From IMG/VR virus record IMGVR_UViG_3300012665_000259, positions 4,404 through 68,403 of that record: 64,000 nucleotides of DNA, one strand, 5' to 3'. Origin of the DNA: a virus. Lineage: Duplodnaviria > Caudoviricetes. A program made the position numbers and the translations under genes. The notes below the pieces were generated by a model. It was not told where the DNA came from. It saw nothing but the letters and a program-made list of their open reading frames with translations, and searched no databases. Below are positions 7,588 through 17,596 of the stretch, in pieces; the stretch's first letter is position 1, and the number at the start of each line of letters is the position of its first letter.

Positions 7588-8414
7588 TCGCCCATGTCCT
7601 CATTGTGTCGTTTTAGTGCCGCGGCATGTTCGCCTGCGCCCGTGCGTGAGTATGACGGATTCATTCCGTTCATTTCTAACACATCGTCTCGTATATTTTG
7701 ATTACGTTTTTCTATGTTGATGACTCTAACAAAACTGTTAGTAACGGCGGCAGTAAAATAAGCAAAAGGATTGTCCGACTTACTTTCGTCGAACTGAAGA
7801 CCAATTTGAGTAAGTTGTAATATAGCCTGGCCGCGCATTTCATCGTTGTAAGTATATCCACGTACATTACCTCTTGTAGCATAACGTTCACATAGTTTAA
7901 TCATCATGCGGGCTAGTGTAGGAGTAATACAGCCTGCATCTTTATCAAAGTGTCCTGTATCTAACGGACCTTTCCAATGACTTTTACCCACGCAGATTAG
8001 TTCATCTGCATCATTAAATTTCCAATGTTGGAACGGGGGAAAGTTTACTTTATCGTGCCGATCAGCAGTACTTTTAGGATTCTTTTTACGAATAGCGTTA
8101 GTTGGAATATGATCAAAACTCATTATCCTAAAGACTAAATCTGTCTTTTGAATCTTCTTATAATCCACTTCGCAGTCAGCTTGTTTGACTTTTTCGCCTG
8201 CTTTTTTGCGAGTACTATAGTCCAAATCACCTATTCTTTTAGCCTGATTTCTTTTAGCTTCGGCTATCGTACGTATGTTTATTTTGTCTAAACTCGGCAA
8301 AATAATGTCATATTGATGATACATCGGGTCTGTAAAACTACAATAAGAGCTCTTTGATCTATGTATTTCTAACAACATATCCTTGTTGTTTAGGTAATTA
8401 ACTTTGGTCGCCAT
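7584..8414 (-). CDS. gp55: Late-transcription sigma factor (T4 gp55-like)
   Basis: NYLNNKD start; YTYNDEMRG...FDESKSDNPFAYFT...NSFVRVINIEKR; position upstream of gp47/gp46 as in T4. Confidence 0.88.
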   Translation of the reverse strand: MATKVNYLNNKDMLLEIHRSKSSYCSFTDPMYHQYDIILPSLDKINIRTIAEAKRNQAKRIGDLDYSTRKKAGEKVKQADCEVDYKKIQKTDLVFRIMSFDHIPTNAIRKKNPKSTADRHDKVNFPPFQHWKFNDADELICVGKSHWKGPLDTGHFDKDAGCITPTLARMMIKLCERYATRGNVRGYTYNDEMRGQAILQLTQIGLQFDESKSDNPFAYFTAAVTNSFVRVINIEKRNQNIRDDVLEMNGMNPSYSRTGAGEHAAALKRHNEDMGE

Positions 8415-8434
8415 GGAATAATCCTCTTTTGTAT

Positions 8435-8463
8435 ATTATAAACTATGTACATAATTTTGTCAA
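8435..8463 (-). promoter_or_regulatory. Consensus sigma70 promoter for the gp55-47-46 operon
   Basis: TTGACA (8463-8458), 17 nt spacer, TATAAT (8440-8435). Confidence 0.8.
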
Positions 8464-8470
8464 ATAAATA
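8464..8470 (+). promoter_or_regulatory. Late promoter (ATAAATA) for the baseplate module
   Basis: T4-like late box 20 nt before the ATG at 8490. Confidence 0.7.
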
Positions 8471-8489
8471 CTTGCCAATGGAGAAATAA

Positions 8490-9491
8490 ATGGGATTATT
8501 CGATTCAGCCGCAGGTATCACATCTAAGATTGGTGCCGCGCAAAGTACATTTGGTGCAATATCCGGCGGAGCAGGAGTTGTTAGAAACTTGAGCTCTGCA
8601 TTAGATCTTGCCAAGGGCGGCGATATTATGGCGGGTATACGCTCTATTAATTTGCCAGCAGCCGGCGAACTAGTGGGTAACGTAATGGCCGCAGTATCAT
8701 TGTTTAGCAGTGATAATAACAGTGACGATTGGCGTGTCCGTTTAAGTTTACCAAGTTGGCCCGCTTTCTCAAGCAGTCCGGTTCTTAAACCGTTAAAAGA
8801 TGCTGGCGGTTTAATATTCCCATACACTCCGACTATTAATATCGAATCAAGTGCCAAGTACACTCCTGTTAGTCCAGTACATACAAACTTTGCATTTCAA
8901 ACTTATGAAAATAGTAAGCCCGGGGCAATAACTATTACAGCGCCGTTCTTTGTTGAAGACGCTAGTCAAGCATTGTATTGGATTGCCGCGGTGCATTATT
9001 TAAGATCTGTGTCCAAAATGTTCACAGGTCGTGATTTTATTGCTGGTAATCCTCCTCCATTAGTTTTGTTAAATGGTTACGGCAACTATGTGTTTAAGAA
9101 TGTGCCAGTAGTAATTACAAAATTTTCAGTATCTTTAAAGAATGATACTGACTATATTGCTACCGGTGTTGAGGGAAGTGCCGCAGGTGCAGTTACCGGT
9201 CTGGCAGATAGCATTGGCGGTCTTGCCGGAGCATTAGGCGGCCTTGGTGGCGCCATTGGTGGTATTGCAAACACTGTTGGAAAAATTGCAGGCGGTGTTG
9301 GAGACGTATCTAGTCTAATGGGTGGATTTGGATTAGGTGGTACAGTAAGTGGAGGCACAACATATGTGCCAGTAAAGAGCGAAATGACAGTGACAGTAGA
9401 ACCTGCATACAGCAGAACTAGTGCTAGAAACTTTAGCCTACAACAATTCGTTCAAGGTGGCTATATGAACGGAACACCTGGATATATTTAA
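8490..9491 (+). CDS. Tail tube initiator / baseplate-tube junction protein (gp48/gp54-like)
   Basis: LIFPYTPTI, PPPLVLLNGYG, VPVVITKFSVSL, YVP tube-fold motifs; first gene of the baseplate module. Confidence 0.6.
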   Translation: MGLFDSAAGITSKIGAAQSTFGAISGGAGVVRNLSSALDLAKGGDIMAGIRSINLPAAGELVGNVMAAVSLFSSDNNSDDWRVRLSLPSWPAFSSSPVLKPLKDAGGLIFPYTPTINIESSAKYTPVSPVHTNFAFQTYENSKPGAITITAPFFVEDASQALYWIAAVHYLRSVSKMFTGRDFIAGNPPPLVLLNGYGNYVFKNVPVVITKFSVSLKNDTDYIATGVEGSAAGAVTGLADSIGGLAGALGGLGGAIGGIANTVGKIAGGVGDVSSLMGGFGLGGTVSGGTTYVPVKSEMTVTVEPAYSRTSARNFSLQQFVQGGYMNGTPGYI

Positions 9492-9492
9492 T

Positions 9493-9792
9493 ATGGCAAC
9501 TTACGCAACTAACAGCCCGTGGCACACTACAAAGATAAAACAAGGATACTTAGATGTTTTATCTATTAGAGCAGTCAGTGCCGAACCTGATGATTTTTTA
9601 TATACTATAGAAGCACAGTATACAAATCGTCCCGACTTATTATCGTATGACTTATACGGAACTCCTAGCCTATGGTGGGTGTTTACGCAAAGAAATCTTG
9701 ACACTATTCAAGATCCTATTTTTGATTTTGTGCCAGGCACTCAAATTTACATACCTAAGAAAAGCACTTTGTTTACTATATTAGGATTATAA
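9493..9792 (+). CDS. LysM-like baseplate wedge protein (gp53/gpX-like)
   Basis: RPDLLSYDLYGTPSLWWVF...N...PGTQIYIP. Confidence 0.8.
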   Translation: MATYATNSPWHTTKIKQGYLDVLSIRAVSAEPDDFLYTIEAQYTNRPDLLSYDLYGTPSLWWVFTQRNLDTIQDPIFDFVPGTQIYIPKKSTLFTILGL

Positions 9793-9793
9793 T

Positions 9794-12175
9794 ATGTTTG
9801 ATATATCGTCAGCTACAAGTGCTGTCAGCAAAGTTAAAAATGTTTTTCAAGCCGCCGGCCCTGCCGCAGGCCTAACAGGAGTACTAGCTGGTGCTGCCGC
9901 AGCCTTCCCAGGAACACTAGGAGGCATTGCAGACGCGGTCGGTGGATTTTTTAAATCATTAAGTAAAAGTCTTGCTACATTTGACCAATCACTTCCGTTA
10001 CCCAATGTTCTTCATAACTATGCAACTTACAATTATATTTTAAGTTTAGGAGTATTGTCAACTAAGGAATTGAATTTTCCTGATGATACTTACATGGCCG
10101 GCATTAGTCCTAAACTAATTTTAAAAAGTGCAAATGCAGAGCCTAACAATCGAGTTCAAACTCCTTATGGTAAGTTTGACTTCTTTATGACAGAACTTAC
10201 ATTTGAAGGATTTGTTGGTAACTCAAGAAAGACTGGCAATACTAATGCAACTAACATTCAATTTAAAATTGTTGAACCGTATAGTATGGGCATGTTTATG
10301 CAAAGCTGCCAACAGGCTGCATTTGAAGTTGGATATAGTAACTTTAGAGATGCACCTTTTATTATAATGATCGAATTTAGGGGTAATCAACAAAACGGTA
10401 TTCCAGAAAAGATTCCAGGGACTACTAGATATTTGCCAATTAAGTTTACTAATATCAGCATGAACGTTACTGGTGCAGGCAGTACTTATAATATCACAGC
10501 TTTTGCATATAACGAACAAGCACACAGTAAACAAGTATCTACATTAAAAACTGATGTAACTGTTAAAGGTAAGACTGTACAAGAAATGTTGCAAACTGGA
10601 GAAAACAGTTTACAGGCAGTTCTAAACAGACGACAAAAAGATTTAGAAGAAGACGGCATTATCCCAGTGGCTGATCAATATCTAATTTTATTCCCAGACG
10701 ATATTGCATCGTCTGCAAGCACTCCTTCGGCAGAAGATGATGCACCGGAAGATGACGGTACTGCAACGGATACTCCGGCAGGTGAGTCCGGAGATTCTGA
10801 TATCTTTAAAAAGTTAGGAGTTGCGCTAAGTGCAGTAAATTCTGCTATCGGTGCAGTTCAGGTAGCAGGTGATTGTAATGCTATTGGCAAAGCATCTATG
10901 GGGTTTGGTCTTGACCGTAGGGGAACAACTCCTATGACAGAAATGGACGAAGTCTATAATGAAAAGAAAGGCATCATGGAAAGAGCCAAACAAAAGATAG
11001 ACCCAGAAGAAAGTGATTTTAAGTTTCCGCAGAACAGTGATATTTCTAATTCTATAAACAACGTTATTTTGAATAGTGAGTTTGCGTCTAAAGCATTAGA
11101 TGCAGGAACACCAGTCACGTCGGAAGGTATGCGCAATTGGTGGAGAATTGATCCTCAAGTGTTTCCTATCGATTCTGCCGCCAACGAATCTACAACTGGC
11201 GTTAAACCTAAATTGTATGTTTATAGAGTAGTTCCTTACGAAGTACATTCTGGAAGATTTACTCCTCCTAACGTAGCGGCACCTGGATTTGAACAACTTA
11301 AACAACAAGCGGTAAAAGTATACAATTATATCTATACAGGTAAGAACGTAGACATCATTAGATTTAATATTGATATTGCAAACGGGTTCCAACAAATGAT
11401 GGCAGCTGATGATGGTCGAAGAAATGCTGACGTTAGGCGAACTGAAGAAGAGTCAACTGGAACTTCAGAAGAATCTGATATTAAACAACCTAAAGGTTCT
11501 TCACCTCCTTCGAACGGAGAAGAACTTCCAACTCAAGCTTCATATAGTTTAACAAAAACTTCAACAGATGGTAAGGGCGGCGGCGGCTTAGAAACTCCTG
11601 GTGTGCGAGTAGCAAAGTTATTTCAAGATGCAATATTGAACGGAAAAGATTTAGTAAACTTAGATTTAGAAATAGTTGGAGATCCATATTTCTTGTATAG
11701 TAGCGGTATGGGTAATTATACCGCACAATCTAGTAATTACAAAAATTTAAATAGCGAAGGGTCTGTTGACTACCAAAGCGGCGAAGTTGATTGCGTAGTA
11801 AATTTTAGAACACCAATTGACATAAATCAATCAACCGGATTATACGACTTTGGCAATACTGTTGCAGTACAGCAGTTTAGCGGGTTGTACAAATTAACAA
11901 CAGTTAAAAGTAGTTTTAAAAACGGACAGTTCACTCAGGTACTAAACGGGTTTAGACGATATGGGCAAGACAGCACAGCACCAGTTGATGTTGCTAAGTT
12001 GATAACATCTACACCTAACACACCAAGAACTGACGAATATGAAAGTAATTTATCTTCAGAAGGTACACCGGGTCTACAAGTGTTTGATGACGGATCTAGC
12101 ATTCAAACAATGGACGATGGATCGACTCTAGTAACAGACTCTGATGGAAATGTAACTTCCACAGATGCACCATAA
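9794..12175 (+). CDS. Baseplate hub protein (gp27/late-control-D-like)
   Basis: Lies between gp53 and gp5; C-terminal LEIVGDPYF...FSGLYKLTTVKSSFKNGQFTQVLNG. Confidence 0.6.
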   Translation: MFDISSATSAVSKVKNVFQAAGPAAGLTGVLAGAAAAFPGTLGGIADAVGGFFKSLSKSLATFDQSLPLPNVLHNYATYNYILSLGVLSTKELNFPDDTYMAGISPKLILKSANAEPNNRVQTPYGKFDFFMTELTFEGFVGNSRKTGNTNATNIQFKIVEPYSMGMFMQSCQQAAFEVGYSNFRDAPFIIMIEFRGNQQNGIPEKIPGTTRYLPIKFTNISMNVTGAGSTYNITAFAYNEQAHSKQVSTLKTDVTVKGKTVQEMLQTGENSLQAVLNRRQKDLEEDGIIPVADQYLILFPDDIASSASTPSAEDDAPEDDGTATDTPAGESGDSDIFKKLGVALSAVNSAIGAVQVAGDCNAIGKASMGFGLDRRGTTPMTEMDEVYNEKKGIMERAKQKIDPEESDFKFPQNSDISNSINNVILNSEFASKALDAGTPVTSEGMRNWWRIDPQVFPIDSAANESTTGVKPKLYVYRVVPYEVHSGRFTPPNVAAPGFEQLKQQAVKVYNYIYTGKNVDIIRFNIDIANGFQQMMAADDGRRNADVRRTEEESTGTSEESDIKQPKGSSPPSNGEELPTQASYSLTKTSTDGKGGGGLETPGVRVAKLFQDAILNGKDLVNLDLEIVGDPYFLYSSGMGNYTAQSSNYKNLNSEGSVDYQSGEVDCVVNFRTPIDINQSTGLYDFGNTVAVQQFSGLYKLTTVKSSFKNGQFTQVLNGFRRYGQDSTAPVDVAKLITSTPNTPRTDEYESNLSSEGTPGLQVFDDGSSIQTMDDGSTLVTDSDGNVTSTDAP

Positions 12176-12186
12176 TAAGGTAAACA

Positions 12187-13641
12187 ATGGCAGATCAAAA
12201 TACAGAATCAAGACCGTCGCAAGACCAACCCTCGCAAAATACAACAGGGTTTCCTCAACTTGCTAAAGTGGTAGGGCATACTGATGCAACCTATAGCGGT
12301 AAGCTATTGGTAGAATTATTACGTCCGTCGGGCAATAGTAGAGATAGTGGTCAAGTACAGCAAGTAAAAATGATTAGTCCATTTTTTGGATATACTAGTA
12401 CTGACTACTTAGGTGAAGAAGACGATTATAATAGTACTCAAAAAAGCTACGGCATGTGGATGGTACCTCCTGATGTAGGTACCATTGTAGTAGTAATCTT
12501 TATCAACGGTGATGCAAAGGATGGATATTGGATTGGCGGCGTACCGGCGGGCGATATGAACTTTATGACTCCGGGATTGGCAGCTACTAGCTTTGCAGTT
12601 GAAGATACTAAAACAACTGATAAAGAACGTGTCCCTGTTGCAGAGTTTAATAAAACAGTTAATGAACAGCCTGGACTTGATACTACAAAAATTCCAAAAG
12701 CAGCCCATCCTCTTGAGGTAGTGCTTGACGATCAAGGATTGTTAGAAGACGACATTAGAGGTATTACTACAAGTAGTGCAAGAAGAGAGACTCCTAGTGC
12801 AGTTTTTGGAATTAGTACCCCTGGACCACTTGACAAGCAAGACGGTGCAACTAAAGGTAAGATTGGCACAAAGGGTAAAGAAGTTAATGCGTTCGTTAGT
12901 CGATTGGGTGGCTCTACATTTGTAATGGATGACGGCGATGATAAGTTTCTTCGAAAAACTCCTGCAGGTGAAGGCCCACCAGACTATGTATCAGTAGAGC
13001 AAGACGGCCCTGACGGAGGAGAGCCAACTATACCGCACAACGAGCTAATAAGAATTAGAACTAGAACTGGTCACCAGATTCTAATGCATAACAGCGAAGA
13101 TTTAATTTATATTACTAATAGTCGCGGAACAGCATGGATAGAGTTAACAAGTAACGGAAAGATTGATATTTTTTCTACTGATAGCATAAGCGTTCACAGC
13201 GAAGCTGATATTAATTTTACATCTAAACGAGATATTAATCTTACAGCAGGTGCAAATATTAATATGAATGCTGTTACTAATATTAACGAGCAATCGGGCG
13301 CCGCAATTAATATAAAATCGGGAGCCGCAACAAATATAAATCCTGCCGGGGATTGTAATATCTTAGCAGCCAATACTTCAATAGATGGTGGTAATATTAA
13401 TTTAAACTCTGGAGTTGCAGGTGCTGCTGCCGCTGCCCCTAAGACTGGCAGGGTTCCTCAAACAGAACCCTGGGCGCATCATGAAAATTTAGATCCAGAG
13501 TCATATACACCTGATAAGACTAAAGCAGGCACTCCGACACCGGCAGAGCCCGAATGGTTTAAGAAATACACAACAATAACTGACACATTTGCAAAAGTTG
13601 CAGGTGAAGAAGAAGAACCGCCTGAAGGGGAAGAAGAATGA
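12187..13641 (+). CDS. Baseplate central spike (gp5/VgrG-like)
   Basis: OB-fold motif YGMWMVPPDVGTIVVVIFING...YWIG; RTRTGHQILM; C-terminal beta-helix-type repeats. Confidence 0.8.
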   Translation: MADQNTESRPSQDQPSQNTTGFPQLAKVVGHTDATYSGKLLVELLRPSGNSRDSGQVQQVKMISPFFGYTSTDYLGEEDDYNSTQKSYGMWMVPPDVGTIVVVIFINGDAKDGYWIGGVPAGDMNFMTPGLAATSFAVEDTKTTDKERVPVAEFNKTVNEQPGLDTTKIPKAAHPLEVVLDDQGLLEDDIRGITTSSARRETPSAVFGISTPGPLDKQDGATKGKIGTKGKEVNAFVSRLGGSTFVMDDGDDKFLRKTPAGEGPPDYVSVEQDGPDGGEPTIPHNELIRIRTRTGHQILMHNSEDLIYITNSRGTAWIELTSNGKIDIFSTDSISVHSEADINFTSKRDINLTAGANINMNAVTNINEQSGAAINIKSGAATNINPAGDCNILAANTSIDGGNINLNSGVAGAAAAAPKTGRVPQTEPWAHHENLDPESYTPDKTKAGTPTPAEPEWFKKYTTITDTFAKVAGEEEEPPEGEEE

Positions 13642-14081
13642 GCTCAAACGCTAACCTATACAATAAAGTAGTCTTAAAGGCTGCAAAACAACAGCCTGCA
13701 TTGGGACCTAAAACTTACAAAGGATTTAGTACCATCAGTGCAGATACTGAAAACTTTCACTTGTTTGATTTGCAATTAATCCAGCAAGACTTATTAAATC
13801 ATTTCCATATTCGCCAGGGCGAACGTTTAATGAATCCTAAGTTTGGCACTATTATATGGGATGTATTGTTTGAACCTTTAACAGACCAGTTGAAGCAATT
13901 AATTACTAGTAATGTTACTGACATCATTAATTACGATCCAAGAGTAGTTGCAGATCAAGTAATTGTAAGTCAGTACGAAAGTGGAATTCAGATCCAATGT
14001 CACTTGACATACCTGCCCTACAACGTCACACAGAGTATGCAATTACGGTTTGATCAGCAGAATGGTCTACTTGCACAATAA
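13638..14081 (+). CDS. gp25: Baseplate wedge / sheath initiator gp25
   Basis: GERLMNPKFGTIIWDVLFEP...INYDPRV. Confidence 0.88.
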   Translation: MSSNANLYNKVVLKAAKQQPALGPKTYKGFSTISADTENFHLFDLQLIQQDLLNHFHIRQGERLMNPKFGTIIWDVLFEPLTDQLKQLITSNVTDIINYDPRVVADQVIVSQYESGIQIQCHLTYLPYNVTQSMQLRFDQQNGLLAQ

Positions 14082-14110
14082 ACTACCCTGATAATTTTAT
14101 TCAATAAATA
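14080..14110 (+). promoter_or_regulatory. Late promoter with upstream AAACTA-N5-ATAAT element
   Basis: ATAAATA at 14104-14110, ahead of the gp6 ATG at 14129. Confidence 0.7.
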
Positions 14111-14128
14111 CTAGATATAGGACAAATC

Positions 14129-17100
14129 ATGAGCGCAACAGATAGACAAAACAGACTGCTAGTAGCAGAGGACTGGAAGAAAATTTATCAAACCTTCCGC
14201 AATGCGGACTTCCAAAGTTACGATTTTGAAAATCTTCGTCGTACTATGATTAACTATCTGCGTCAAAATTATCCCGAAGATTTTAACGATTACATTGAGT
14301 CTAGCGAATACCTTGCCCTAATTGATATGATTGCGTTCTTGGGCCAAAGCATAGCTTTCCGTGTTGACTTAAATGCCCGTGAAAACTTCTTGGAACTAGC
14401 AGAACGCCGCGAGTCAATCCTGCGTTTAGCTCGTATGTTGAGCTATAATGCTAAAAGAAACATCCCTGCTAACGGTCTATTAAAATTTACATCCGTACAA
14501 ACTAGTCAAACTATTATTGATAGTAATGGTAGAAACATGGCTAATCAAGTGGTTGTTTGGAACGACCCTGCAAACTCAAGTTGGTATGATCAGTTTATCC
14601 GCATTATTAATGCCGCAATCCCCGCAAGCCGCCAGTTTGGAAATCCAGACGACAAAGCAACAATCTACGGAATTCCGACAGAGCAGTATCGCTTCCAAGC
14701 AGTAAATTCTGATGTACCGGTATACGGGTTTACTAAAACTATCGACGGCCGAAGCATGAACTTTGAAGTTGTTAGTACAGTATTCAACGGCGAAGATTAC
14801 ATTTACGAAGAAGCACCAAAAGTTGGTAATAAAATGGCCTTCTTGTACAGAGATGACGGCAAGGGCGCATCAAGTAGTGGCAATGGTTTCTTTTTACATT
14901 TCCGTCAGGGTACATTGAATACTGGTGCATTTGCAATTTCTCAACCTAGCAATAACGAATCTGTTGATATTGATGCAACTAGTATCAACAATGAAGATGT
15001 ATGGTTGTATAGATTAGATAAGAACGGTGCTGAAGCTGAAGCATGGACGCCTGTCCCTGCATTCGAAGGCAACAACATTATCTATAATAGTTTAAAGAAA
15101 AATATTAGAAACATATATGGTGTTGTTACCCGCACGGGAGACAGAATAAGTTTAGTGTTCAGTGATGGTACTTTTGGTAATTTACCGTTAGGAACATTCC
15201 GTGCATATTACAGAACAAGTAACGGCATAACATACACTATCAATCCTAAAGATATGCGAGGAATTTCTATTAGCATTCCTTATATTTCGCATCTAGGACA
15301 ACTAGAAACGTTAAGTGTAACTCTAAGTTTACACACTAGTGTATCAAATGCTTCGGCAGCAGAATCTAATACTAACATTAAAATTAAAGCTCCGCAAAAT
15401 TATTATACACAAAATCGTATGATTACCGGAGAGGATTATAATATTAGTCCGTTGGCCGCAAGCCAAGAAGTTGCAAAAATTAAAGCAACTAATCGCTCAT
15501 CAAGCGGCATTAGTAGATATTTTGATCTAGTTGATCCAACAGGAAAATACAGTTCAACAAATTTATTTGCCGATGATGGTGTGTTGTATCAAGAAGAGTT
15601 TACTGATAAAATTCGTTTTAGTTATGCAAACAAAACAGATATCGAAGGCATTATCTATAATACAATCTTTGATATTCTTAAAAGAGAAAGTTTAAGAAAT
15701 TACTATTATACTAAATTTTTAAAATTAGCAACTGCTAGTTTGAATATCTCTTGGTATAACAAAACAACCGACACTGGCATGAGCACTGGTTATATTGGTG
15801 ATTCCTATGACCTTACAGCTTACAAAGTGGGTCAGTTTACAGCAACTGATTTGAAATATGTTGAAGCAGGCTCGTTGGTAAAGTTTGTAGCACCCGATGG
15901 ATTCTACTTTGATACAACTGATAACAACGCTTTAAAAGCAGGCACACCAACTCAGTTGGGCGCAGTTAGTTATATTTGGTCTGAAGTTGTTTCAGTTAGC
16001 GGTGACGGTACTGCTAACGGTACTGGATTACTATCAACTGGTTTTGGCCCTATTAAATTTAATGAAGTTATCCCGGGCGACTCTAGTGTTGCACCCCGTG
16101 TTTCACAAATTATCCCTAAGTGGAGAACAGTAATTGATGACTCGGTGATAACTTCAATGATTGATTTAATATTTTCTAACAAACCATTTGGTCTTCGCTA
16201 TGACACTACATCAAAAGCCTGGCAAATTATATTTGAGTCAAACTTAGATTCTAAAAAATCATTTAGCTTAGGTAAGCAGGGCGATGTTAGCAATCAACAA
16301 CTTGACTCAAGCTGGTTACTATTGTTTACTACTGATAATGAATTTTACACAGTTACTAGTAGAGAATTGCGTTATATTTTTGAAAGCGACAAGCAAATTA
16401 GATTCTTCTTTGATAGTACAAACAAAATTTATGATAGCAAATCAAATGCAATTGTTAAAGACAATATTAAAATTTTAAATATTAACACAAAACCAAGCAC
16501 TATATCGTCTTTTACATATGATCATTCTTGGGACATTGTTTCTGAATTTAGAGGACTAGACGGTTACGTTGATAACAAGAAAATACTTGTCACGTTTGCA
16601 GATCCTGATGATAACGGTGTAGTTGATGATCCGGATAGTTTTATCAACATTGTTGGACCACTAGTTGGAGATCCGTTAACCAAGTATATTGTATTAGAAA
16701 GATACGAAGTTGCACAAGGACAAGAAGATTATCGTTATATTGATAACAGCAGTAATATTGTAAGAATTTTAAGTAGTGAAACTGATATCACAACTTACCT
16801 AGATTGGACAGACGGCCAGTATTTTTACTTTGTTGACACTGGCATTGTTAAACGTTTAACGTTAGCAACTGCACAATTAAAATCCTCGTTAGACTATAAA
16901 GTTTATTTAGGCCGCAGTAATTTAAAATTCCAATATATTCACAATGCTGATTATGAATCAAGAATTGATCCAGGATCAAGTAACATTGTCGATGTGTTTA
17001 TTTTATCTCGAACATACGATACACAATTTAGACAATATCTAAATGGTGCTAGAAAAACTGAACCGTTGCCGCCGAGCAGTGATGCATTATACAGCACACT

Positions 17101-17587
17101 TGCTCCTAGTTTAAATTTAATTAAATCTATAAGTGATGAAATCATTTACCATCCTGTAAAGTATAAAGTTTTATTTGGAGTTAATGCTACTAGCGAAGTG
17201 CAAGCAACATTTAAAGCAGTTAAAAATACTGCTCAGGTTGTATCTGATAATGATATCAAAGCACAAGCTCTGCAGGCAATAAATCAATTCTTTGTCTTAG
17301 AAAACTGGGACTTTGGCGATACATTTTATTTTAGCGAGTTGGCAACTTATGTTATGAATCAATTAGCACCAAACATTACTAACTTTGTAATTGTTCCTAA
17401 GGCTAACGGATTAAACTTTGGTAGTCTATTTGAAATTAAAGCAGGCACAGATGAATTATTCATCAACGGCGCAACGGTAGATGACATTGAAGTTATTTCA
17501 GGTATAACAGCAAGTACAATTAAAGCAATCAGTTCAACAACTATTACATCAAATGCAGTTGGACAACAATCTATAACAAGTAGTTAA
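14129..17587 (+). CDS. gp6: Baseplate wedge subunit gp6-like
   Basis: DFENLRRTMINYL...FNDYIESSE...ENFLELAERRESILRLA; QNRMITGEDY. Confidence 0.85.
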   Translation: MSATDRQNRLLVAEDWKKIYQTFRNADFQSYDFENLRRTMINYLRQNYPEDFNDYIESSEYLALIDMIAFLGQSIAFRVDLNARENFLELAERRESILRLARMLSYNAKRNIPANGLLKFTSVQTSQTIIDSNGRNMANQVVVWNDPANSSWYDQFIRIINAAIPASRQFGNPDDKATIYGIPTEQYRFQAVNSDVPVYGFTKTIDGRSMNFEVVSTVFNGEDYIYEEAPKVGNKMAFLYRDDGKGASSSGNGFFLHFRQGTLNTGAFAISQPSNNESVDIDATSINNEDVWLYRLDKNGAEAEAWTPVPAFEGNNIIYNSLKKNIRNIYGVVTRTGDRISLVFSDGTFGNLPLGTFRAYYRTSNGITYTINPKDMRGISISIPYISHLGQLETLSVTLSLHTSVSNASAAESNTNIKIKAPQNYYTQNRMITGEDYNISPLAASQEVAKIKATNRSSSGISRYFDLVDPTGKYSSTNLFADDGVLYQEEFTDKIRFSYANKTDIEGIIYNTIFDILKRESLRNYYYTKFLKLATASLNISWYNKTTDTGMSTGYIGDSYDLTAYKVGQFTATDLKYVEAGSLVKFVAPDGFYFDTTDNNALKAGTPTQLGAVSYIWSEVVSVSGDGTANGTGLLSTGFGPIKFNEVIPGDSSVAPRVSQIIPKWRTVIDDSVITSMIDLIFSNKPFGLRYDTTSKAWQIIFESNLDSKKSFSLGKQGDVSNQQLDSSWLLLFTTDNEFYTVTSRELRYIFESDKQIRFFFDSTNKIYDSKSNAIVKDNIKILNINTKPSTISSFTYDHSWDIVSEFRGLDGYVDNKKILVTFADPDDNGVVDDPDSFINIVGPLVGDPLTKYIVLERYEVAQGQEDYRYIDNSSNIVRILSSETDITTYLDWTDGQYFYFVDTGIVKRLTLATAQLKSSLDYKVYLGRSNLKFQYIHNADYESRIDPGSSNIVDVFILSRTYDTQFRQYLNGARKTEPLPPSSDALYSTLAPSLNLIKSISDEIIYHPVKYKVLFGVNATSEVQATFKAVKNTAQVVSDNDIKAQALQAINQFFVLENWDFGDTFYFSELATYVMNQLAPNITNFVIVPKANGLNFGSLFEIKAGTDELFINGATVDDIEVISGITASTIKAISSTTITSNAVGQQSITSS

Positions 17588-17596
17588 AGAGATAAT

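Noticed and set aside
12080-12175. DDGS repeats at the hub protein C-terminus
   Set aside because: Short beta-hairpin-type protein repeats, not a DNA-level repeat element.
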